From the NCBI GenBank assembly GCA_000002445.1, contig CM000208.1, forward strand, positions 3,008,001-3,072,000: DNA of 64,000 bases, written 5' to 3'. Source of the DNA: Trypanosoma brucei. Lineage: Eukaryota. The notes under the pieces were generated by a model. It worked only from the letters and a program-made list of their open reading frames with translations. It did no database searches and had not been told where the DNA came from. Positions 21,891-31,426 of this stretch are shown one piece after another (the stretch's first letter is position 1; each line of letters opens with the position of its first letter). The translations under genes were made by a program, and so were the position numbers.

Positions 21891-24497
21891 TTTTTATAGT
21901 TTAACTTTCCAGTTTCCCTTTTCTCCTGGTCTGTTGGATGGGGAGTGCGGTGCCAATGTTAACACACTTCCCTCCCCCTCCCCTCCCTAACAAAAACAAA
22001 AAAAAAACAAAAAAAACAAAAAGACGAGAGAAAGATGGAGAGAGAAAAAAAGAAAAAGAAAAACGCTGTAAATTCCGTTTTTATTCCTTCTTAACCCTCC
22101 TAATGTAGAAAAAATAAAATTTAAAGAAAAAATCTCCTGAATAAGTAAACGAAAAAGGAAGAGAATGGGGGAAAAAAATAATTAAAAAGCCCCCGGTAAA
22201 AAAAATAAAATAAATACTCCACTAACGAACGATTTCGCCCTCACAGGCATATTTTTCTTTTGTTTTTTTTTTAAAACTTTTCCTACCTCTCCATTACACT
22301 TCTCTGTTTTAATTAATCACTTTGGCCTCTTTTTTTTCTTTTTAACACCCTCTCGTTTCGTTTAGTTCGAGCTGTTAAATTAAACTTAAAAAAGAAAAAA
22401 AAGGAAAAAAAAATCACGCTCACAAATGTTAAATGTGTTGCCGCAAGTCGAAGAGAAATAAGAAAGAGGAAGTAAAAAAGGGATAAAAAGACAATAAAAT
22501 CCAAAATAAAAAAAAGTGAAGGTAAAAAGAGTTTTTCCCCTTCACAAAGTGAACCAACTAAATTAAAAAAAGCTGATAATAATAATAATAAACTAAGAGT
22601 AGAAAAAAAAGGTTTTCTCCCACATAAATCCATTTAATAATAATAACCATCATCATCATCGAAAGAAAAGAAAAAAGTATAATGAAATAAGTGAAGAAAA
22701 ACAATAAATAAAAATAAAAAAGAAAAAAAAAGACAAGAAAACAAAACAAAACAAAATGCAAACAAAGAAACGAAATAAAACTAAAAAATTAAGACGACGT
22801 GAGTGTGCTCTGTGTTTGCAGCTTGTGCAACTACACTGTGTGGGATATCCAACACCATATGGTATCTTACATATGGTTTGGTACATATTTTTCACATAAA
22901 TGTAGCAGAAACACATTTAAAGCATCATCTTTCTTTTTTTTTTTGTTATTGTCCCCCTTCTTTCCCTCTTTTCACACACCACCTTCATCTAACGCACATT
23001 TTAAATCCATTTACATGCACATGTATGCATTTAATTCACTTTCATTCGTTAATTTATTCAATCATACACATATATTCATATATGTATATTCTTTTCATTT
23101 TCCTATCTCTCTATCTCTCTATTTCTTGCCATTCAGTTTTTAATGTCCATCAGGTACCGGTAACTTTCATAAAATTATAAACAGTTATTGTATGAAGGAA
23201 AATCAGAAAGTGTCGGAGGAGGGGAAATAATAAATGAAAGAGAATTCCCTTTTTCATTTTTTTTTCAAAAATAAAAAAAAATGAATTACTTCAATACATA
23301 AACTTAAGCTAATCGAAACAACTGCAGCCACAAAAACCAAAGGAGAGTTTGTTTTTTTTTTTAAAAAAAAAGAAAATTTGAGGGAAACGAACAAAATAAC
23401 AAAACAAAAAATTTTCTCTTCCCAACTTTTATGACGTAACGTAATGACAAATAAGCATAATTTTAAAAGGAAATAAAATGGGACAGGGGGAAAAGGCTGA
23501 GTAAGCTCAAATGATAAATCACAGTGATATAAAAATCAGTGTATCATCAGGAAAACAATAAAAAAAAAGACTAAAACAAGGGCGTTAGTACAGGAGTGAA
23601 AATAAATCCCGCTGCATTCCCATTTAAAAAAAATGAATAAACAATACATGAGGAGTAAAGAAAAAGGAAGTGAAAATATATATATATATATATATATATA
23701 ATTATTTTTTAAAAAAGAACGCACTCCATCGAAAAGAAATGCGGAAAGTGTGGGAAGAAATCGGTACAGGAAGAAAAATAAAATGCACATGGTTGTGGCC
23801 AGTGCCCAAGTGATACAAAATGATTCAAAGAAAAAAAAAGAAAGAAAGAAGAAAGAAGAGAAACTAAAGACGGATGCGACGTAAGGCCCGTAGGAACTTG
23901 AATCCGCTTTTCTCTTCTTCTTATTTTCTTTGTGCATCATTTTCTCCTCGCGGAATAAATATGGGTACAAATATATATATATAGATAGATAGATACATAT
24001 ATAAGTAAACGTAAAAACAAAACAAAACTCAAGGTGAGGTGTCACAGCGCATTAGATCTTACTATATTATTATCATTAATATATTTTTTTTTAAAAAAAG
24101 GAAATGAAAAAGCATAAATGAATTCGGCGTTACGCCCACTCTAAAACGTTTCATAATGAAACAAACGAAATGACGCATAAAAGAAGTCACTCAAACCAAC
24201 CCAAAACCTTTAAAGGCCCATGGCCGCCGATAACATTCGATATCTCGATAGTATTAATTTAACGAACGGTAAACAAACTAAAAAAAACCACAAACTAAAA
24301 TAATGTGCGATAAAAAGGGTTTAAAAGAACATGAATAAGAAAAGATAAACTAATAAGTTTATTATTAACAATATATGAGAGTAAAATAAAGGAAAAGGAA
24401 CGAAATAGAGAGTTAAAAAAAAGTGGGGAAAAAGACGCACCTCCCACCGAACAACTCATCACTGGTTACAATTAAACTCAGCGAATATTATCCTCAT

Positions 24498-25358
24498 TTA
24501 TAACCCGTAAGGATTATGTCGGTAGAAACGTGGGCGCCGAGGAGCACTGCCATCAGAAATGGTGTTCATGTCAGATGTAGTGCAATCATCATGTTGATGG
24601 CCACTTCCAGAAAGTCCGAGATGCCCGTTATCGCGACCTGAAGTGGGACTCGTCACATCGCTACTGCCGACGGAAGGAACTCTTTTGTGCACAACCATCG
24701 CGAAACCAAGTGGCGTCCCATCGGGAAATGAACCGGGAGAACTGTCGAGAGGGCTCCCAGCTGATAATTTTTCTCCGGATTTATTACCACTGGCGTGATG
24801 GCGCCGATGAGAGCGGCAAAGAATACGATTGGAGCTGAGATCCACTTCAGGGTCGACGGCAACAGCATGAACAAAGTTGCAGGACGCGCCACGATGACAT
24901 ACGCCATTAAAATAGTAATGTGCGCAATGAGAAAGTGGTCTTCCCTCCGCAGAGGGCTGTGGAATAACTGCTTGTGTAACAAGAACGAGTCCGCTAGCAA
25001 TCCTCTCAATTGGTTTTTTATTATTGGGAAGCAGAACCTCAAGCACATCACCCGATTGACAGCGTTCGTATGTACATTCACTCTCATGGCGCCATATGTA
25101 ATTCACATGAATGGGATGCGCCTTCAGCGTGCTGTAATCAACATTGGCGTGTAGAAACCTGCAATCGCTACCCGCAAGACATGAGTTCGGGTCGTAAGGT
25201 TTATAATGAGTACAAATCATTGTGTACGGGTTGCTTGGATGCACATGTGGCATGTGGACCACTGAATGAGAAGGTATCTCGTACATGTACCTGAACTCTA
25301 TATCAAATACCTCCACAGTGGTTTTACGGTTTTTTGCCATAGATTTCTTTGAGGGCAT
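24498..25358 (-). CDS. CCCH zinc-finger RNA-binding protein paralog (286 aa), ending FYRHNPYGL
   Basis: Fingers C-x10-C-x5-C-x3-H (CTHYKPYDPNSCLAGSDCRFLH) and C-x8-C-x5-C-x3-H (CAHYYFNGVCHRGASCNFVH). Near-identical at nucleotide level to the 29528-30436 gene over about 810 nt. The C-terminal [FY]RHNPY matches the MKT1-interaction motif described for trypanosome RNA-binding proteins (established knowledge). Confidence 0.8.
   Translation of the reverse strand: MPSKKSMAKNRKTTVEVFDIEFRYMYEIPSHSVVHMPHVHPSNPYTMICTHYKPYDPNSCLAGSDCRFLHANVDYSTLKAHPIHVNYIWRHESECTYERCQSGDVLEVLLPNNKKPIERIASGLVLVTQAVIPQPSAEGRPLSHCAHYYFNGVCHRGASCNFVHAVAVDPEVDLSSNRILCRSHRRHHASGNKSGEKLSAGSPLDSSPGSFPDGTPLGFAMVVHKRVPSVGSSDVTSPTSGRDNGHLGLSGSGHQHDDCTTSDMNTISDGSAPRRPRFYRHNPYGL
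24505..25317. repeat. Copy A of an approximately 0.81-kb segmental (tandem-gene) duplication. Its partner is at 29531-30346.
   Basis: Long runs are identical between the copies, for example ggattatgtcggtagaaacgtgggcgccgaggagcactgccatcagaaatggtgttcatgtcagatgtagtgcaatcatcatgttgatggccacttccagaaagtcc (24510-24617 and 29536-29643) and the whole zinc-finger-encoding block. An internal patch of about 120 nt (24618-24736 versus 29644-29771) is unrelated and is flanked by re-convergence at gagaactgtcgagagggctccc. Confidence 0.85.
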
Positions 25359-28300
25359 TATGTCTTTGCTTCAATAGTTGCTTTCTTTTTTTCCCCCCTT
25401 TTTGTGCTTCTTGCTGTTGCTTTGTTGGTGTTTTCTTATGCTTTTTTTCTATTGTGTTTGCCATGTGTCCATTTTTTTTTTTTTAGTTTATGGTGAGGAA
25501 TGACAAAGAATAAGAAAATTAACGGAGGATAAATTTGATCAAATAAGAAGTTTTCGCATGTATACAGACAAATCAGTTGATTGGTACGAATGTTAATACA
25601 AGAAGATATTACGCTCACCCTGAACCACAAGGAAGTACATATTACAAAACTAAGAAAACAGCAACAGCAACATTATTTAAATTGGAAAGAGAAAAGAGTC
25701 ACAACACCAAAAAAACGAAATAATTATTTTCTCATGCTTTACCGTCAGCACTTACTGAACACATCACCACACAATGGGAAATTGCGAAGATGTTGTGTTC
25801 AAGAAGTGGGAATGACAGCACTAGATGAAGAAATAAGTGATTACAACGTCTGACTTCATCATCCCTTCTTCTTTCCCGCGCAAATTTATGACAAGTAGAG
25901 GAGATTATTAAGAAAAGAGGAAAAAAAAACAATAAAAAACAATAAAAGAACAAAGAAACGAAAAAAAAAGAGGAGGATGAACACATACGCGCACGTTCTT
26001 TTTCCCCACCCGTGACCCCGAGAGTCACGCTTTCGCTTAATCATCCCACACCCCATATTTTCTTTCCCTTTATTTCCTTCAGTTACCTTCGTCTTTTTCT
26101 TTCTTCCCCTCATCTCTCTCTCTCTCTCTTATTTTCTTTTTTTTTTGTTTTTTGTTTGTAAGTTAAATTGTAGAGGAGTGTGCGTATGCATTAAATCCAT
26201 ACCTTTCTTCACTATTTTTTTAAAATTTCTTTTACCTCTCCTCCTATTTTTTATTCTCTCTTTACCTTTTGTTAACAAAACAAAACAAAGAAAAAATTAC
26301 ATAATTTCTCCCTTCTCCTCTTCCTCTTCCTCCTTTTTTTTCTCTCTCGTTCTTTCTATTTACTCTGTTTCCTTTAATATTTTCACAAAAAAAAACGGTA
26401 AGACGGCATTAACGACACCGGTAGAAACATTTGGAAGAAGCAGAGGAGGAAAAAAAAAAGAAAGAAAGCAATTAGAAGGGAGAGTTAAAAAAGGTACATC
26501 CCCAAAATAAGACATTAACAAAACAAAACAAAGGAAAAAAAAGAAAAAAGAAGACAAACACGAACACAAAAACACACACACACACAAAAAAAAGAAACAA
26601 TGATCGGCACAGTTTGTTATTATTTACTACTGCTGCTGCTCATTTTTTTTTAATTTGTTTATTTGGATTTTTCTTTTATTCTCTCATCGCTGTTTGAGGT
26701 ATTTGGAACGATTATTCATATCATATTCATCTTCCCTCGCGTGTTGTCTTCGTTTTACATCCACTCGACTCTCCCTCATTCTATCTTCCCTTCCCCTCCA
26801 ATTGCGTCAAATCAATAAAAAAAAGAAAAGAAAAAAAAAGACAAAGACAAAGAAAAATGCGACTAAACCCTTCGCACCTCTTTTATCTTTATCCTTGCTT
26901 TTTTTTTTAAAAAAAAGAGAAATTTACAAAAATAATAACAATAATGATTTTAAAAAAGTTTCATTATTATTTTTATTATTGTGGTCATATATATATTTCT
27001 TTTCTTTTCTTTTCTTCTTTTCTTTTCTTTGTTAAAATTTGAAACATTTGTCTCTTCCTTTACACTCTTTCTTTCTTTCTTTCACCCTTTCTCTCTCTCT
27101 TTTCTTTCCCCCTTCACATACACTTAAACTTGAACTTTTCATTCCTTCACACCTTCATACAACATACACATATGTGCGGTGACTCGCATTTTAGTTCCAT
27201 CGCCACATTATTTTACTCCGCAAGCACTTCAATATAATATATATATATATATATATATTTATTTATTTATTTAAAAATAGAAGAAAATTGAGAAACAAAC
27301 GAAAAGAGGTTGAGGAATAGTAATGGCGGAGGTGATGAGGCAAACGTGTTGCTCCCAACTAATACAGCTGCGGGTCCGACGGCAACTTCTGTTTTTTTCT
27401 TTTCTTTCCTTTTCTTTTCTTTTCTCTTCTTTTCTTTCCTTTTCCTTCATCTTTTTTATTCTTTACTTTACCTTACTCTTCTCTTCACTTTTATTTATTT
27501 ATTATATATTTGTTTGTTTCTTCATTCTTTTTTTCTTCGTTTTTAAATCCCACCGCTGCGAAGTGATGGTCCATTTTTCTTTTCCTTTGTTTTTCGAAAT
27601 TGCAGGACAGAGGAGTAAAATGCAAGAGCGTGTAAAAAGAAGTTGTTGAAGGAAGATACGAAAGAAAAAAAAAGGAGGAGGGGGGGGGGTGAAATAACAC
27701 ACCGGAGAAGGGAAAGAGACAAATAAAAAGAGAAAAAAGAAAGGAAGAAAGAAAAAAAAATACATATATTGACTGAGCGAATAACTGAGTAGTTCTTCTT
27801 TCTTTTTTTTTCCTTCTTCTCTTTTTCTTCCTTTTCTGTTAGGGTTTCTCAGCATTCTGACATTATTTATTATTTTTTTTGTTGTTGTTTCCCCTGCCAT
27901 AAAGGAGAGGAACATGGAGTGGAAGGAAGTTTGGAGATAAATAGGGAAAACATGATTGAGTGAAGTGGATTGGGAAGTCATGGCGTAACCCGTTCCATTC
28001 ATTACGTTGCATATATATATATATATTATTTTGCATTTGTTTGTTTGTGTTCATTGTGTTGTTGTTGTTGTTGTTTTTATCTTCTAGAGGGTAGTTATGA
28101 CGACAACAGAGGCTCAGCAAGCAAAATAGTAGTAATAGACAATAATAATAATAATAACAATAGCAATAGTAATAATAATAATAAGCACTAAAATTAAAAT
28201 TTTCTCTTCTTTATATTTTAAAAACAGAGCAATACCACCTTTCCATATCCGACATTTTACTCTTGCCTCCTTCTTAAGATTTTCACTCGTGTTATTATAT

Positions 28301-29428
28301 CAACCTTAGACAAAATTGCCATGAACGGACGAACCCCTCTCATTAGTAATATTATTATCAACGCTATTATTTCTTTTTTTTTTCCCTCCCTTTTAAGTTG
28401 ACACTCCCTTCTCCATTCTCTCATTACATTGGATCTCTTATTTTTCTTTGCTTTTTTCTTTTTTAAAAAAACATTCTCATTTATCTATCTGTTTGTTGTT
28501 CCTTCACTAACCACTATATTTATATTTATTTATAACAGAGGTTACCGCAGAAATTCTTAAGGAAAAGCAAATCAAAATATATTTTGTTGTGGCTCTCCTT
28601 CGATTTCTCTCGCTCTTTTTTCTTTTCTTTTCTTTTATTTATTTTTTCTCCCACACCACACCACGTGTTGTGGTATGCGGAAACGGAGCAGCGGGACGCG
28701 AAAGTGTGGAGAAATAATAAACAAAATCGGGCGTGCCACATGCAAAACAAAAAAAAAGAAAAAAAAAGAAAAGAAGCGGATCTACAGAACACAGGTACGC
28801 TCCAGCAAATACCTGTAAGGCATATTAAGCAGCAATACAAATAAACAAGAAAAAAGAAAAGGAAGAAGAAAAAGAAAAAGAAAAATGACATTTGCAAGGA
28901 GGGTAGGCGGGGGAAACGATCGTTAAAGTAAAAAAATTCACACACATTTTCATTTCTTTGTTTGTTTTTCTTTTTCTTTTGTATGAACCACAATCATGCA
29001 GCATCGTTTCTGGACGTTTGGCTGCCTTCTCTTTCCTTCTATTTTTCCGTTTCTTCATCTCTTTGGTTCCTTAACAAAAAAAAAAAAAGAGTCGTATCCG
29101 TCACGACCGTTCACGTTAATAAAAGATATGTTGTGAATTTAAACTATTTTCGATCGACCCCGCAGTAAAACAAAACGCAAAAAAAAAAAATTCAACAACA
29201 AGAGCAAACGAACGAAAATTAAAACGGCAACGGCAAAAAAAAACGCGCCTTTTTTTACGGTATGAAGGGAAAGGAAGATTGAGGAAAAGAAAACACGCAT
29301 AGTATCACTTCGCCCACAATCAAAATGGACGCACCCAAAAAGGGCCGCAGGGATCAGACAAAAAGTTAAAGTAAAAAAAAAGAAAAAGAAAGAAAAAAGA
29401 AAGGTGGACAAACGGGGGAGGGGAAACA

Positions 29429-29430
<2 letters not shown>

Positions 29431-29461
<31 letters not shown>

Positions 29462-29462
29462 A
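29431..29462. repeat. (ACA)n trinucleotide repeat, about 10 units, immediately 3' of the zinc-finger paralog at 29528
   Basis: Read directly from the sequence. Confidence 0.9.
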
Positions 29463-29527
29463 TTACAAACAAGTCCACAAGACGAGTGCAGCAGAGTAGA
29501 CTAAATGAGAGAAGGGATTCCCCACAT

Positions 29528-30436
29528 TTACAGCTGCTGGTAAGGATTATGTCGGTAGAAACGTGGGCGCCGAGGAGCACTGCCATCAGAAATGGTGTTC
29601 ATGTCAGATGTAGTGCAATCATCATGTTGATGGCCACTTCCAGAAAGTCCATATTGCATACTTCCAACTGCAGAGGCGGAAAATGATGAGCCGCTGTAAA
29701 CTGTAGAAGGGGCTCGCTTACAAACCATTGTTGCAATGCTGGCGGGTACTCCTGCAGCACACGGGTTCGGAGAACTGTCGAGAGGGCTCCCACACGCCGT
29801 CTTCACAGCGGATTTATTACCACTGGCGTGATGGCGCCGATGAGAGCGGCAAAGAACACGTTTGGAGCTGAGATCCACTTCAGGGTCGACGGCAACAGCA
29901 TGAACAAAGTTGCAGGACGCGCCACGATGACATACGCCATTAAAATAGTAATGTGCGCAATGAGAAAGTGGCTTTGCCCTCGGTCTCCGGCGAGGAATAA
30001 CTGCTTGTGTAACAAGAACGAGTCCGCTAGCAATCCTCTCAATTGGTTTTTTATTATTGGGAAGCAGAACCTCAAGCACATCACCCGATTGACAGCGTTC
30101 GTACATACAGCACTGCTCGTGGCGCCATATGTAATTCACATGAATGGGATGCGCCTTCAGCGTGCTGTAATCAACATTGGCGTGTAGAAACCTGCAATCG
30201 CTACCCGCAAGACATGAGTTCGGGTCGTAAGGTTTATAATGAGTACAAATCATTGTGTACGGGTTGCTTGGATGCACATGTGGCATGTGGACCACTGAAT
30301 GAGAAGGTATCTCGTACATGTACCTGAACTCTATATCAAACGCACTGGTCACATCAGTTGCTGTGGTCATCTTGACTTTGTTTGGTTCTTCTTGATATTC
30401 TTCTCTTTCTTGATGAACTATTCGGTGCTGTGCCAA
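29528..30436 (-). CDS. CCCH zinc-finger RNA-binding protein paralog (302 aa; alternative start MTTATDV at 30373), ending FYRHNPYQQL
   Basis: Recent tandem duplicate of the 24498-25358 gene. The zinc-finger core is identical, and the N-terminus, an internal patch and the 3' flank have diverged. A purine-rich plus tract at 30440-30520 is a coding-strand polypyrimidine tract immediately upstream. Confidence 0.8.
   Translation of the reverse strand: MAQHRIVHQEREEYQEEPNKVKMTTATDVTSAFDIEFRYMYEIPSHSVVHMPHVHPSNPYTMICTHYKPYDPNSCLAGSDCRFLHANVDYSTLKAHPIHVNYIWRHEQCCMYERCQSGDVLEVLLPNNKKPIERIASGLVLVTQAVIPRRRPRAKPLSHCAHYYFNGVCHRGASCNFVHAVAVDPEVDLSSKRVLCRSHRRHHASGNKSAVKTACGSPLDSSPNPCAAGVPASIATMVCKRAPSTVYSGSSFSASAVGSMQYGLSGSGHQHDDCTTSDMNTISDGSAPRRPRFYRHNPYQQL
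29531..30346. repeat. Copy B of the approximately 0.81-kb segmental duplication (partner at 24505-25317)
   Basis: See copy A. Similarity ends at about 30346 on the 5' side of the gene, where the N-terminal coding sequences diverge, and at about 29531 just beyond the stop codon. Confidence 0.85.
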
Positions 30437-31426
30437 CTAAAAAACTGTCTAGAGGAGAACAATATACCAAATATTGCATCAGGAAGGCGGAAGGTAAGTG
30501 ACCACAGAATTCCAGTATGACTTGTATGACAGCATCATATCGCTATTAAGGGGAGGGGGGATGAGATAACTTAAATGGCCTGTACATGAAAGGAGTGAAT
30601 CGGCACAGGGTGAATAGGAATCGTTTATTCGGGCATTGCGATCAAAAAAAAAAAAAGAGAGAACGAAAGGAAAAAAAAATGGGGCGATACGTAAATCAAC
30701 CACCACAATTGAGAATGTTTTCCGCTGATGTCACCCGATCTACCATTTTTTTTTTTACCCCTACTCCTACCTCGCCTCCTCCTCCGCCTTCGATATATAT
30801 AGAGAGAAATTTCCCCTCTTTTCTTCACAGACCTTTTTTTTTTAATTATTACTCCTATATCCACAAAACATGCCACTAGCGCCAACACCATCGCGCAATA
30901 CACCCCCATGTTCCCCCTTCACGTTTCCAAGTCCTGGCATTTTTTTTTTTTTGCACCTCAACTCACTTCTCCCCCTTGAGGTAATCTGGTTGAAGGCAAC
31001 AAGTACAGCATGAGTCAACGAAAGAAATGAAACTTCGTGTGAGGAGGAGGAGGAGGAGAATCAAAACCAAAATCAGGACGTTTTCTAATTTTCTTCCCGA
31101 GCGGAAACGAATGATTGCAATGTTAAAGGAAAGGGAGAAATACCCCCAGAGGAGACACCACCCACCCAAACTAAAACACTTTGGCATTTCCCCCTCCTCA
31201 TCTTACACTAATAAAAGTAATGCTTTCACCACCTGTACCGAAACACACAAACATCTAGCAATCGACCACTACTCCCTTTAAACTTCCCCAAAGGACATGC
31301 GACACACGGGATGGACTGCGCTTTTTTTTTTTTTTTAAAATGCTCTTTACAGAGCCCCCGAGTATACAAGGAAAGTAAGGGAGTGTAGAAGGAGGGGGAA
31401 AAAAGAAAAGAAAAGAATCAGTTCAA

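Noticed and set aside
24795-25154. Plus-strand ORF 24795-25154 and its near-identical twin at 29828-30187 (119 aa each)
   Set aside because: Both lie antisense inside the duplicated zinc-finger genes. Their identity is explained by the duplication, and the orientation is opposite to the polycistron. They are shadow ORFs.
14813-30436. The roughly regular 5-kb periodic repeat of similar units (possible CRISPR-like array or transposon copies)
   Set aside because: The repeated units are about 0.9-1.4-kb protein-coding genes with diverged flanks. There are no short direct repeats, spacers, terminal inverted repeats, target-site duplications or transposase/RT ORFs. It is a paralogous gene array.
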